Part shown: positions 8,707 to 20,500 of the stretch, piece after piece | How the letters are laid out: each line of letters begins with the position of its first letter | How positions within the stretch are numbered: position 1 is the first letter of the stretch | NCBI GenBank assembly: GCA_052279835.1 | Contig: CP181291.1 | Coordinates: 1,536,001 to 1,600,000 of the forward strand | Source: Microcoleus sp. | Lineage (GTDB): Bacteria > Cyanobacteriota > Cyanobacteriia > Cyanobacteriales > Microcoleaceae | DNA length: 64,000 nucleotides | Direction of reading: 5' to 3' | The notes under the pieces: generated by a model | What the model was told of the DNA's origin: nothing | The model's database searches: none | The model's input: only the letters and a program-made list of their open reading frames with translations | Position numbers and translations under genes: made by a program

Positions 8707-9960
8707 CTAAACCACCTCAAAAATTGCTCCGCGCTGTTGTAGATTCACTTTCATCTCCTCGGAAAGTCCTGAATTATTTCCAAATCTGGCTGACTCTACA
8801 TTCGCGCCGCTTAGATTGGCATTGGTTAAGTTTACTTCGACTAGATTTGCATTTTCCAAATTCGCACCGCCCAGATTAGCTAAAGCTAGACTTGCTTTGT
8901 ACAAATCTGCACCTTTCAAATCGGCATTTCCTAAGAAAGCACCGCTCAAATCTGCACCGCTGAATTTGGCATTTTGGAGGTTGGCATCGCTGAAGTCAGC
9001 GTCGCTTAAGTCTGCACCCCGGAAATTGGTGCGATCGAGATTTGCACCACTAAAATCCACTGCATTCAAAGTCGTTCCCCGCAGGTTAGCACCCGCCAAA
9101 TCCTGTGCTGGATTAAGATTGGCGATTTTTGCTAATTCTGCAAAATCTGCTGTTTCGGCCCAGATAATGCGATCGACCATTTCCTGCCATGGCGCTTCCT
9201 CAACTTGCGGGACAATTTCCACATCGCGCCTTTTCACCCCCCATGAATCGTCACACAATAGCGCCCAACTCAGAGCTGGCTGGAGTTGATTTGTTGCTAA
9301 ATATAATGTCAGGATTCTTTCTAAAATTGAATGTTGATTTGGGGTAATGTCGTGGGGCCACAAACCTTCGGCATCTGTGACATAAATATCTTCTTTGGCT
9401 ACTTCAAAAACTGCTTCAATCCTAAATTGTGGCGCTGTCAATTCTCCTATTTTAGCACTTTTTAGCAACCCTTTTAAGATGGGTTTTCCCCGTTTCACTT
9501 CAAGTTTCCAAGCGGGTTTGCTCTCATCTCCCATGAGGGAAACGTGGCAAAATGTGTAGTCCGTTTCATCTGTTTCTTCATGAGCGATTGCTCCCTCGTC
9601 GCGTTGATTTTCCGGCGCTTTTTCTGCTATAGGCAATAGCTTGAAATCACCGACTAACTGACACGCTCCCAGGGAAATTTCGGTGTTGGTAAAATTTAAT
9701 TTGAGCGTACCTGATTGTAGTCCAAATTTGACCCTGCCACCGAGCAACGGTTGCCAATGTTCGTTAAAATTGAGGCTGACGTAAAGGTCTAGGTGCTGGG
9801 TTGCTGTTGCAGTCCCCGACACCGGAATTGCTTCTAATTGCATCCACAAGCAATCTGGATATTTGTTATGAGAATCTAGCGATCGCATATCGGGTAGAAT
9901 TGCTGGCGCTACCAGCCGGTAATTAAAAATTTTTTTACTGTCTAACCCCAAATTTATCAC
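8707..9960 (-). CDS. Pentapeptide-repeat protein with uncharacterised N-terminal domain
   Basis: C-terminal A(D/N)LxG repeats ending LQQRGAIF; start codon uncertain. Confidence 0.85.
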   Translation of the reverse strand: MINLGLDSKKIFNYRLVAPAILPDMRSLDSHNKYPDCLWMQLEAIPVSGTATATQHLDLYVSLNFNEHWQPLLGGRVKFGLQSGTLKLNFTNTEISLGACQLVGDFKLLPIAEKAPENQRDEGAIAHEETDETDYTFCHVSLMGDESKPAWKLEVKRGKPILKGLLKSAKIGELTAPQFRIEAVFEVAKEDIYVTDAEGLWPHDITPNQHSILERILTLYLATNQLQPALSWALLCDDSWGVKRRDVEIVPQVEEAPWQEMVDRIIWAETADFAELAKIANLNPAQDLAGANLRGTTLNAVDFSGANLDRTNFRGADLSDADFSDANLQNAKFSGADLSGAFLGNADLKGADLYKASLALANLGGANLENANLVEVNLTNANLSGANVESARFGNNSGLSEEMKVNLQQRGAIFEVV

Positions 9961-10015
9961 AATGGAGCATTTTTTTCTAGGTTTAATTTGTAAACTTTGT
10001 TTGATTTTCAGAACT

Positions 10016-10124
10016 TATATCAAATCCGTTGGTATCGTCCTGTATTTATCTCTCTCTTCCGCTCCTCTGTGCCCTGGAGCGCTCTCTGTGGTTAAATCAT
10101 TCCGCTCCAACCGTCAACGATATT
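10016..10124. mobile_element. MITE-like element, diverged relative of the 8500 element
   Basis: TATATCAAATCCG...ATCGTCCTGTAT...GGTTAAATCATTCC...CAACCG...GATAT shared with the 8500 and 48489 copies. Confidence 0.65.
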
Positions 10125-10163
10125 AGGCAAAAACCCGGTTTATGAGAAAAAAACGATGATTGT

Positions 10164-10257
10164 GTAGGGGTAGTGCCCAAAAATGCCCACCCCCCTCACA
10201 GACGATTTTATGCACATTTCAGGTCAAAGAGGGCCGGCACGGGGGCACGACCCCTAC
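10164..10257. repeat. Inverted pair of GTAG-type REPs
   Basis: GTAGGGGTAGTGCCC... and ...GGGGGCACGACCCCTAC; relatives near 45753 and 62958. Confidence 0.65.
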
Positions 10258-10457
10258 CAACAATGAAACAGCCCTGCTGGCAAGGGAGGATGGGGGAAAT
10301 TCGGGAAGAAGGAAGAGTGGTGATACAGCAAGATGTTTAGCCATTGAGATCCGATCGCGAAATAGTGACATACTCCCACATCAAATCTGAGTACAGATTA
10401 TGATGTGGGCTTCTTAACAGCCCGATGAAGGGTATGTAAACACAAATCCAGAGAATT

Positions 10458-11624
10458 CTACTCAAAAATTCCGCCACCCTCCATCAACTCAACCTTCACC
10501 CCCTCAGAAATACCCAAACAACCAGCAAACTTGGCATTTTTTACCACAATATTTTTCAAATCCGCACGGCTCAAATCAGCGCCATTCAAATTTGCACCGC
10601 TCAAATTAACACCACTCATATCAGAATTTCGGAAATCAGCACCCTGCAAATTTGCACCAGCTAAATTCGCATTGGGTAAATAAGCACTGCTCAAATTTGC
10701 GTTAGTTAAATTGGCATTTTCCAAATTCGCCCGTGGCAACTTTGTCCGCAAGTCAGCACCGCTCAAATCAGCATCATTGAGTTCGCTATCACGCAAATTA
10801 GCATTGCATAAAGTAGCATTAATTAACCGAACACCGCTCAGCAAAGCACCGCTGAGATCTGCTAGGGTAAAATCAACACCGCTGAGGTTGGCATTCCGCA
10901 AATTTGCTCCGGCAAAATCAGCATATTGCAAATCAAAATTGCTTAAATCTGCTCCGGCAAAATCTTCCACCGGATTCAAACCAACCATTTCTGCAAGTTG
11001 TATAAAATCGTTATTTTGCTGACTTAAAAACATTTGTCGCACGATCGCCAATTGTTGCTGTCGGTAGTAGTTAGCTTGCTCGTAATTTGCTAAATACTTG
11101 TAAGCTAGCTTCAAATTCTTGAGGGCGTGGCGTTCAATCCGATCGTCTGCGATCGCGCGGGCGAGCTCCAACTGCTGATGATAGCACTGGAGCGCACCAG
11201 GCAAATCTCCTTTGGCATCGAAAGCTAAGGCCAAATTACCCAAAGCTTCTTCTTCCCCGCGATTGTCTCCCGTTTCGCGGGCGATCGCCAAACGCTGCTG
11301 CTGGTATTCAATCGCACCGTCAAAGTCCGACTGAGCACAGCAAGCATTGCCCAAATTGCCCAAAGCATTCGCCTCACCGCGGCGATCGCCAATTTCCCGC
11401 GCTAACACCAAATGCTGTTGATAGCAGTCGATCGCACGCGCCAAATCTCCCAGGGCTTCATAGGCAACTCCCATATTTCCCAGCGCCGCACCCGATCGAC
11501 GTTTGTCATCGATTTCCCGATAAAGCATCAGCGCCTGTCCCCAAGATTCCAGCGCTGCCTCAAATTCTCGTGCCTGATATTGGGAAATTCCCTGTTTGAT
11601 TAGGTCATTAGCTTGTGGGCTCAT
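10458..11624 (-). CDS. TPR plus pentapeptide-repeat protein
   Basis: 40-aa TPR repeats (ALGNLG..) followed by pentapeptide repeats. Confidence 0.92.
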   Translation of the reverse strand: MSPQANDLIKQGISQYQAREFEAALESWGQALMLYREIDDKRRSGAALGNMGVAYEALGDLARAIDCYQQHLVLAREIGDRRGEANALGNLGNACCAQSDFDGAIEYQQQRLAIARETGDNRGEEEALGNLALAFDAKGDLPGALQCYHQQLELARAIADDRIERHALKNLKLAYKYLANYEQANYYRQQQLAIVRQMFLSQQNNDFIQLAEMVGLNPVEDFAGADLSNFDLQYADFAGANLRNANLSGVDFTLADLSGALLSGVRLINATLCNANLRDSELNDADLSGADLRTKLPRANLENANLTNANLSSAYLPNANLAGANLQGADFRNSDMSGVNLSGANLNGADLSRADLKNIVVKNAKFAGCLGISEGVKVELMEGGGIFE

Positions 11625-11763
11625 AATTATAAAAATTAGTGAAATTTTTAACTAAAGTCGATATTAGTCCGTAATCGGTAATTAGTCATGGGTAGGCTAC
11701 TTTCCTGTAGTCCCTTTCCCCCATCCCTGTCGCTGCAAAAAAAAGCCAAAACATAAAAATGCC

Positions 11764-11816
11764 AAAAAAATAGAGAGTCGCCTAAGCGACTCTCCTTGCC
11801 ATCAGGGTGCATCTAC
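11764..11816 (-). ncRNA. nsiR1: NsiR1-like small RNA (single copy)
   Basis: Minus strand reads GTAGATGCACCCTGAT (matches the NsiR1 5' end as recalled), then GGCAAG, hairpin GAGAGTCGC-TTAG-GCGACTCTC and a T tract. Confidence 0.7.
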
Positions 11817-11823
11817 ATAACAT

Positions 11824-11852
11824 AATATATCATGTCTGCAATGAGGGGTCAA
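11824..11852 (-). promoter_or_regulatory. sigma70-type promoter for the NsiR1-like RNA
   Basis: Minus strand TTGACC, 17 nt, TATATT, ending about 7 nt before the RNA start. Confidence 0.65.
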
Positions 11853-11963
11853 CCCCCTTTTTTGAAAAAATCAAAATATTTATCAGCCCCGGCGGTTACA
11901 AACCGCGGCTACACAAACAAAACCCGCCTGCGCGGGTTGAAGAATTATTTGGGACTAAGTGCT

Positions 11964-13449
11964 TTAGCCGTTGAGCTTGTTGGCTAGCAACTCATTGGTC
12001 AATTTGGGATCTGCCCTACCACCAGTCTCCTTCATCACCTTGCCGACAAAAAAGCCCAACAGCTTAGTTTTGCCCGCCCGGTACTGTTCGAGCTCCTTGG
12101 GATTGGCTGCCAAAACTGCATCGATCGCCCGATCGATCGCACCAGTATCGGAAATTTGGATCAAACCCTTGCTCTCAACCAACTGTTGCGGAGAACCGCC
12201 CTTGGCTAGCAACTCCGGTAAAATATCCTTAGCGATTTTGCCACTGATCGTGCCAGCCTCAATTAGCTTCAGCAGTTTCGGCCAAATTATCGGGTTGGAA
12301 AGGAATTTGGGCGATCGCCAGTTGTTCGTTTTTCAGATAAGCAGTGATATCGCCCATCACCCAATTGGCAGCTTGCTTAGGCGCAGCACCAGCGGCGATC
12401 GCCTCCTCAAAATACTCTGCTACTGCTTTGTCATCAGTCAACACCCGCGCGTCATAGGGAGAAAGACTCAGTTGAGTTTCGTAGCGATGGCGCTTTATTG
12501 CCGGCAATTCTGGCAATTGAGCTTGCCAATCTGCCAACTGAGCCCTCGAAACCTCGATCGGAGGTAAATCCGGTTCCGGGAAATAGCGGTAATCGCTTGC
12601 CCCTTCCTTCATCCGCATACTAAAAGTACACTGTTTGCCCTCATCCCAAAGTCGCGTTTCTTGGAATATGGTTTCGCCGTTTTCCAAAGCTTCAATTTGG
12701 CGCTCGATCTCATAATTGATCGCCCGTTCGATCGCATTAAAAGAGTTCATATTTTTAATTTCCACTTTCGTGCCGAACTCTTTCCTACCCACCGGGCGCA
12801 CCGAAATATTCACATCGCAGCGCAGGGAACCTTCCTGCATATTCCCGTCGCCCACACCAATATAGCGAACGATCCGGCGCAATTCTTGACCGTATTCCGC
12901 TGCTTCTGCGCCCGATCGCAAATCTGGTTCCGAGACAATTTCAATCAAAGGCACACCAGCGCGGTTGTAATCTACCATAGAATAAGTAGAACCGCTGAGT
13001 CGATCGCTGCCGCCGTGCACCAATTTTCCCGCATCTTCCTCCATGTGCAAGCGAGTGATCCCGATTTTTTTGCGAGTCGAATTGCCTGCTTCATCAACCA
13101 ATTCAATTTCGAGCCAACCGTTAGTGGCGATCGGCAAATCAAACTGAGAAATTTGATAATTTTTCGGCAAATCCGGGTAAAAGTATTGCTTGCGATCGAA
13201 CTTACTGTAAGGTGCGATTTCACAGTGCAGAGCCAGCCCTGCTTTCACCGCATACTCCAGCACTTTCTCATTTAAGACAGGCAACACTCCGGGCATTCCC
13301 ATACAAATTGGGTCAATATTAGTGTTGGGAACACCACCAAATTCTGTGGAAGAACTCGAAAAAATTTTAGTCTTCGTACTCAATTGGCAGTGAGTTTCCA
13401 AACCAATAACGGCTTCGTACTCAGTTTTAACTTTTGCAGCAACAGTCAT
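11964..13449 (-). CDS. gatB: Asp/Glu-tRNA amidotransferase subunit B, with an apparent +1 frameshift at 12276-12278
   Basis: [50 protein letters not shown]. Removing one base from GCC GAA A CTG CTG joins the Yqey tail ([12 protein letters not shown]...[13 protein letters not shown]). Confidence 0.95.
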
Positions 13450-14146
13450 AAAAAAGTTCGGTAAGTGAGAAAAAGTGCGAGTTGTGAGAGCGAAGGAGGG
13501 AAACGACGCGGGTGGTTTTAACCACAGTAAATCTTTTTTTTCTATTACCACCTGGGGATTGTTTAGCGTGATGTACTTTTTCGATCGGCTTTCAATGGGA
13601 AAATTACCATCTCAAGCTACGCAATCCTGTAAGCATAATAGTTTCCTGCTATACAAATCCTAGACTTGTCTAGACATTTGCTTCTTACTTCAACGGGAGC
13701 ATGGGAGCGGTTATCCCTTCGTAAGCTTTCACGATTTAGCCAACCGCGATCAATTAATTGCTCTTTCCATCCCCCCACGGGGTAATGCGCGCCATAGCTT
13801 AATTCAGTTTAAACTTTATTTTAGCTTTTGATTAACCAAAGCGATTGACCAGAGCTCAAGCACAACTCGCGCCCACAGCTTTTCGATCGCCCCCAACTCC
13901 CTCACCACTTTCTGTAAAGATATGTTAAGATTTTTCAGATTCAGCCAGTGGTAAGGCATTGGTAGGGGAAGTTCAGCGTCGATCCACCGCAATTGCCAAC
14001 CACTAGGCAAGTCTACCCTGTCGCCAGTGCCTGGTTAAGGGGCTCAATTAATGATTAAAAATGTAAAATTTAAGAGTAAGTTTAAATTTATTATTTTAAT
14101 CATTAATTGATGGCCAGAAATCAACACTTTTCTAAACATCAAAAAT

Positions 14147-17100
14147 ATGCCTGAAATTCCAGTTGGAAGTGCCACCCTGTTTCCCAACAGCATCACTGAG
14201 CTAGAGCAGGCGGAATCAGCCCTAGAAATAGCTTGGGAAGAACTAGAAGCAGAAACAGCAAAAACTATCGATCTAATAGGGGAAATCAGCCCCGAACATT
14301 CACAGAGAATAGGCGAGCGACTTGCCACAGTCAAGCAACTGCGCCAGGAGTTAAAAACCAAAATGAAACAAGCCACCTCGCGACTGGAGTTTCACCTAGA
14401 CAACTCACAGATGGCTGTTTTAGAATGGGATTGCCAATTTCGGATCGTTCAGTGGTCAGCCGGGGCAGAACGCATATTTGGCTGGAAAACCGCAGAAGTA
14501 ATCGGCAAAAACTTTGAGGAATTATCAATAGTGTATGAAGCGGATTTAGAGCTAGTCAACTCAGTCACAAATAAACTCTTAGAGGGTCGCGAACCCCGCA
14601 ATATTTGCCACAACCGCAACTACACTAAAGATGGAGCGGTAATTCACTGTGAATGGAACAATTCAGCACAGACAGATGCAGAAGGAAAAGTCGTTTCCAT
14701 TATCTCCTTTGCCCTAGATGTCACTGAACGGCACCGCACTCAAGAAGAACTGCGCAGGCGGGAAGAAGCTTTCAGTGCGATCGCCGAAAATGCCACCGAT
14801 ACCATCGCGCGGTTCGATCGAGAATTGCGCCACCTTTACGTCAACAAAGAAGTCCAACGAGTCACCGGAAAACCAGCTTTAGAATTTATCGGCAAAAGTA
14901 ACCAAGAATTAGGAATGTCCCCCGAACTTTGCAATCTGTGGAACCAAGCTTGTCTGAAAGTTTTCCGCACCGGTCAACCAGAAACCATAGAATTTGACTT
15001 TCCTACTCCCGCAGGCACCAAATATTATCAATGTCGAGTAATTCCCGAATTTACTGAAAATAATACCGTAGAAACAGTCCTAGGCATCGCCCGCGACATC
15101 ACAGATCTCAAACAAGTAGAAGCCCAGTTGCGACAAAGTGAAGCTAAATTTAGAACTATTGTTGATTCTAACATGATAGGTATCTTTTTTTGGGATAAAC
15201 AGGGTGAAATTCTAGAGGCAAACGATGCTTTTTTAAACATGATTGGATACCCGCGAGAAGACCTGGAAAGCCGAAAATTGAGTTGGCAAAAAATTACACC
15301 ACCAGAATATCGCAGCCAAGATGAAGCAAAACTAGCAGAACTAGAAGCCACCAGCAAAGCTAGTCCCTTTGAAAAAGAATACATCCGAGGAGACGGCAGC
15401 CGCGTTCATGTCTTGCTGGGAGCTGCATTTTCCGAAGGTTCTCAGGAATTTGGTGTCAGTTTTGTGCTGGACTTAACTCAGCGGAAACAGGCAGAAACAG
15501 AGCTCCAAAAACATCAAGAACTTTTGGAAAGTATCCTAAAAACTATTCCCAATTTTCTTTACATTTATGATGTATTAGAAAACAAAAATATTTATGCAAA
15601 TGAAGCTGCGCTCGCTATATTCGGCTACTCTTCTGAAGAATTACAAAACATGGGAGATGCAGCCCTCTCAACCTTAATTCATCCTGACGATATGTCAAAA
15701 TTAATAACTGGTATGCAGCGGCTAGCAAACAGCACAAACATTCACGAAACAGACGATATAGACTACAGAATCCAACATAAAAATGGGGAATGGCGTTGGG
15801 TACACGATCGCTCTACAATCTTTAAAAGAACCCCAGACGGACAAATTAAGCAAGTTATCGGCTCTGTACTCGATATCAGCGATCGCAAACAAGCCGAAGA
15901 ATCATTAAAACAACAAAAAGAACTGCTGCAAACTATCTTCGACAACGTACCAGTCATGCTCGCATTCTTGGGCGACAGTGGGGAAATAGAGTGGGTAAAC
16001 CGATACTGGGAACAAGTGCTCGGCTGGAGTTGTGAAGCAATGAAAAGCCGCGATATCTTTGCCGAATTTTATCCCCAGCCAGAATACCGCCAATACGTTT
16101 TGGATGAAATCCAAGCAGCCAATAAGAAGTGGGGCGACTTTAAAACTAGAGTTAGAGATGGGCGAATTATTGACACTTCATGGGCAAATATTCGTCTTTC
16201 CGACGGGAGATGTATCGGCATTGGTCAAGATATCACCGAACGCAAACGAGCGGAAGCTGAACTCCAAGAACTTAACGAAACTTTAGAAGCTCAAGTCGCC
16301 CAGCGTACCGCTGAACTAGAGACTTTTTTTGATGCTTTGCCCGATCGCATTTTTGTTGTAGAACGCGAAAATATGCGTCAGCCTTTTGTTAACCAATCTC
16401 TGGCAAAAATGGCTGGCTTTCAAAGTACAAGAGAGATGCAAGGAAAAACTGTTTTTGAATGTTTTCCACCAGAATTATCCGAAAAGTTTTATGGAGAAAA
16501 TATGCAAGTATTTGAATCTGGTGAAACTTTACATTTACAGGAAGAATTGAACTTGGAAGGGCGGACTCATTACTATGATACCTTGAAAATTCCCCTCAAA
16601 AATCCCGGAGGCGAAATTTATGCTTTAATTGGGACTTCTCGCGATATAACTGAGTTGGTTGAAACCAAAAAAGCTTTATCAGAACGCACAGAGCAATTAG
16701 AATTTGCCAATCAAGAACTAGAATCGTTCTCTTACTCTGTTTCCCACGACTTGCGCGCTCCTTTGCGACACATTTCAGGTTTTGTCAACGCCTTGAAACA
16801 GCGACTACAATCAATGGAGGTTCTGGGCGATCGTAAAATAGTTCATTATCTGCAAGTAATTGATGACAGTAGCCAAAAAATGAGTCTGTTGATTGACGGT
16901 TTGCTAGCACTTTCGCGGGTGGGGCGCACCGAGTTAATCGAAATTCCGATCGACCTCACCGAGTTGGTACAAACTGCGATTAAATTGGCTCAACCCAGAA
17001 CAGTCACAGATTTGACGCAAACTCCCCAAACCGTTGAATTTGAAATCGGAGATTTACCTGTTGTGACGGGAGATCCTACCTTACTCCAACAGGTGTTCAG

Positions 17101-17392
17101 CAACTTGATTAGCAATGCAGTCAAGTTTAGTCGCGGACGCAATCCAGCTACCATAGTTATTGATGCTTTACCAGATGGAACAATTTTTGTCAAGGATAAT
17201 GGTGTCGGTTTTGAGATGGAATATGCCGATCAACTGTTTACAGCCTTTGGGAGATTGCACTCCCAGAGAGAATTTGAAGGCACCGGCATCGGTTTAGCGA
17301 TCGCCTGGCGGATTATTCATCGCCACGGCGGTACAATTTGGGCCGAAAGCACACCCGATGGAGGAGCAACATTTTACTTTAAACTCAATTAA
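14147..17392 (+). CDS. Multi-PAS sensor histidine kinase
   Basis: Several PAS/PAC units ending DITER/DISDR; H-box SYSVSHDLRAPL; N, G1 (DNGVGF) and G2 (GTGIGLA) boxes. Confidence 0.95.
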   Translation: MPEIPVGSATLFPNSITELEQAESALEIAWEELEAETAKTIDLIGEISPEHSQRIGERLATVKQLRQELKTKMKQATSRLEFHLDNSQMAVLEWDCQFRIVQWSAGAERIFGWKTAEVIGKNFEELSIVYEADLELVNSVTNKLLEGREPRNICHNRNYTKDGAVIHCEWNNSAQTDAEGKVVSIISFALDVTERHRTQEELRRREEAFSAIAENATDTIARFDRELRHLYVNKEVQRVTGKPALEFIGKSNQELGMSPELCNLWNQACLKVFRTGQPETIEFDFPTPAGTKYYQCRVIPEFTENNTVETVLGIARDITDLKQVEAQLRQSEAKFRTIVDSNMIGIFFWDKQGEILEANDAFLNMIGYPREDLESRKLSWQKITPPEYRSQDEAKLAELEATSKASPFEKEYIRGDGSRVHVLLGAAFSEGSQEFGVSFVLDLTQRKQAETELQKHQELLESILKTIPNFLYIYDVLENKNIYANEAALAIFGYSSEELQNMGDAALSTLIHPDDMSKLITGMQRLANSTNIHETDDIDYRIQHKNGEWRWVHDRSTIFKRTPDGQIKQVIGSVLDISDRKQAEESLKQQKELLQTIFDNVPVMLAFLGDSGEIEWVNRYWEQVLGWSCEAMKSRDIFAEFYPQPEYRQYVLDEIQAANKKWGDFKTRVRDGRIIDTSWANIRLSDGRCIGIGQDITERKRAEAELQELNETLEAQVAQRTAELETFFDALPDRIFVVERENMRQPFVNQSLAKMAGFQSTREMQGKTVFECFPPELSEKFYGENMQVFESGETLHLQEELNLEGRTHYYDTLKIPLKNPGGEIYALIGTSRDITELVETKKALSERTEQLEFANQELESFSYSVSHDLRAPLRHISGFVNALKQRLQSMEVLGDRKIVHYLQVIDDSSQKMSLLIDGLLALSRVGRTELIEIPIDLTELVQTAIKLAQPRTVTDLTQTPQTVEFEIGDLPVVTGDPTLLQQVFSNLISNAVKFSRGRNPATIVIDALPDGTIFVKDNGVGFEMEYADQLFTAFGRLHSQREFEGTGIGLAIAWRIIHRHGGTIWAESTPDGGATFYFKLN

Positions 17393-17578
17393 ACAGTCTC
17401 AACCTTTTTTCCGGTCTAGGACGAGCTTATTTCATTTGTAAACAATATTTTTTAAAGCCGTACCACAGGATGCAAAGCAAAACCACAGAGAACATAAAGA
17501 GAAGTTCACAAATCATTTAAGATTGCTATATACTATTACATATTTCATAATAATTTACTAAATAAATCCCCAAAAGCT

Positions 17579-20500
17579 ATGTTAAACTTATTGATTGTCG
17601 AAGACATGGCCGAAGATATAGAATTAGTGGTAATCGCCTTAGAAACAGGAGGAATAAAATTTACATTTGACACAGCTCAAACGGCAAAAGAGTGTAGAGA
17701 ACTGCTCGAAAATGGCAAAAAATATGATGCTGTATTGTCGGATTACAGGCTGCCCGGTTTCAACGGTTTAGACTTGTTGAAAATGATGCAGGAATTAGAT
17801 CGGAACATCCCTTTTATTTTAGTCACAGGAAGCTTGGGAGAAGAGGCCGCAGTTGAGTGCATCAAATCAGGCATGACCGATTACTTATTAAAAAGCAGAT
17901 TATTTAGACTGCCAACAATATTAGAAAGATCGCTCCAAGAATATCAAATGCGCGCCCAGCGACAAGAAGCGATCGCCAAAATTCAACGACAAGCTCAGAA
18001 AGAAGCGATCGTCAACCGCATTGTCCAAGCCATGCGCGAAACCCTAGTGCTAGACGAAGTGCTACAAACCACCGCAGATCAGCTCCATGAAGCTTTTGAA
18101 ACTAGCGGCTGCGGGATTTTGCAGCCAGATGCTGACGGGGGTATCATAATTCGCTACATGAGCAAATCCGCAGACAAAGAAGAGCTTGTGGGGCTACATT
18201 GCGACTTTGCCGAACACTACCGCTCCTCCCTCGCAGCAGGAGAAACCCTAGCCCTCGACGACTTATCCAACCAGTGCCCGTCTGTGCAAGCATCAGCAGA
18301 GCTTTTAGGGTTTCGGGCAGTGACGATCGCACCACTGCTCTACCAGCAGTCATTTTTGGGAGGAATTTGCCTCTACCAGTGCGATCGCACCCGCTCTTGG
18401 AGTGCAGCAGAAGTATCCCTAGTCAAAGCTATAGCAGATCAGTGTGCGATCGCGATCCACCAAGCCGAACTCTATCAGCGAGCCCAAACCGAACTAGCAG
18501 AACGCAAGCGCGCCGAAGCAGCAGTCCGTGGCATCCAGCAGCAGCTAGCAGCAATGGCAGCCAACATCCCCGGCTCCGTGTACCGGATCATCATCCATCC
18601 CGACGGCAGGATTTCCCTGCCTTACATCAGTCCGGGGGTGCGGGAAGTGACAGGCATCGAGCCATCCGAGGTGATGGCGCGTCCCGAAATCTTGATGGAA
18701 ATCATTCATCCAGAAGACAAAAACTCCTTTGACCAAAGCGTAGCAGCATCCAGTGCCAGTCTAGAGCCGTGCGATCGCCAATACCGGATCATTTTGAAAA
18801 CCGGCGAGGTGAAGTGGGTGCAAGACAACGCCCGGTTTTCCAAAAACGAAAACGGCGACATCATTATCGACGGAGTAGCCCTAGACATCAGCGGACGCAA
18901 ACAGGCAGAAGCAGCACTGCGTCAAAGCGAACAGCGGTTTCGATCGCTGATCGAAAACGCTACAGACATCACGATCATTCTCGACGGCGAAGGCACATTT
19001 CGCTACGTCAGCCCTTCCGTCAAGCGAATTTTAGGATACTTACCCCAAAAGACGATCGGGCGGAGCGTTTTTGAAACCGTTCATCCCGAAGACGGAGCCC
19101 TGATTACCGAAACACTCAACAAAGTAATTCAAAACCCCAAGACAAGTCACTCCCCTGTTGAGTACCGAGTCCAGCACCGCAACGGATCGTGGTGTTGTTT
19201 AGAAGCAGTAGCCACCAACTTGCTACACGATCGGGCCGTCCAAGGAATAGTAGTCAACTGCCACGACATCACCAAGCGCAAACTCGCCGAAGAACAACTA
19301 CTCCACGACGCCTTTCATGACGGCCTCACTGGACTGCCCAACCGAGCCCTATTTATCGATCGACTCGAACACGATCTCAGACTCGCCCAAAGACGCAAAG
19401 AATACTTATTTGCAGTGCTATTTCTGGATTTAGATAGATTTAAAGTAGTCAACGATTCCCTCGGCCACGCCATCGGCGACCAACTGCTAATCGCCAGCGC
19501 GCGGCGTTTAGAAACCTGTTTGCGGGTAGGAGATACAGTGGCCCGCCTCGGAGGCGACGAATTTGCCATCCTGCTAGAAGATATCGACGGCATCAATGAA
19601 GTCAATAATATTGCCCATCGCCTCCAACAGAGAATCAGTGCTCCGGTGGTTCTAGACGGACACGAAGTATTCATCACCGCCAGCATCGGTATCGCCATGA
19701 GTTCCGTTGAATACATGGAATCGACAAATTTGCTGCGCGACGCCGACACCGCCATGTACCGCGCCAAAGGACTAGGCAGAGCCCGCCACGAAGTATTCAA
19801 CAGTTCCATGCACGCCCACGCTTTGCGGCTATTGCAGCTAGAAAACGACCTGCGACGCGCCGCGGAATCGATTCGAGACCGCCCCAGAGAAGAAGATGAG
19901 GGACAAGAGCAACTTGGGGAATACAGAATATCTGAACACTCCACCACAGCAGATCTCTGTCTCAAATTCCCCAAACCTCCCTTACCTCCCTTGTCTCCAG
20001 CGCCCCAGTTTATTATTCACTACCAGCCCATAGTCTCGATCGCCACCAACACCATTACCTGTTTTGAAGCCTTAGTGCGGTGGCAGCATCCAGAACGAGG
20101 ATTAGTTTCCCCAGCCGAATTCATCCCAGTAGCCGAAGAAACCGGACTGATCGTACCCCTCGGCCGCTGGGTGCTGCGTACAGCTTGCCAGCAAATCCAC
20201 CAGTGGCAGCAGCTATTTCCCAGCAACCCCCCCCTGAGTGTCAGCGTCAACCTTTCAGTCAAACAGTTTTCTCAGCCAGACTTAATTGAATACATCGACC
20301 AAGTGCTAGAAGAAAGTGACCTAGACGGCAGCAGTTTAAAACTAGAAATTACAGAAAGCGTACTCATAGAAAATTCCGAATCAGTTACCGCCATGCTGGT
20401 GGAACTCAGATCCCGCAACATACACCTGTGCATCGACGATTTCGGTACCGGCTATTCATCCCTCTCCTATCTGCACCGCTTTCCGACCAATACTTTAAAA

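Noticed and set aside
11801..11816. NsiR1-like motif being only a GGGTGCATCT MITE end like 37573
   Set aside because: It lacks the MITE continuation and has a matching promoter and terminator; the alternative is less likely but not fully excluded
11964..13449. gatB as a true pseudogene or programmed frameshift
   Set aside because: The gene is normally essential, is otherwise intact, has no slippery heptamer, and shares the same indel context as two other genes; a sequencing error is more likely
13560..14140. ncRNA or small genes (13816-14010, 13475-13663) in the long gatB-kinase gap
   Set aside because: No recognisable motif, family or convincing structure
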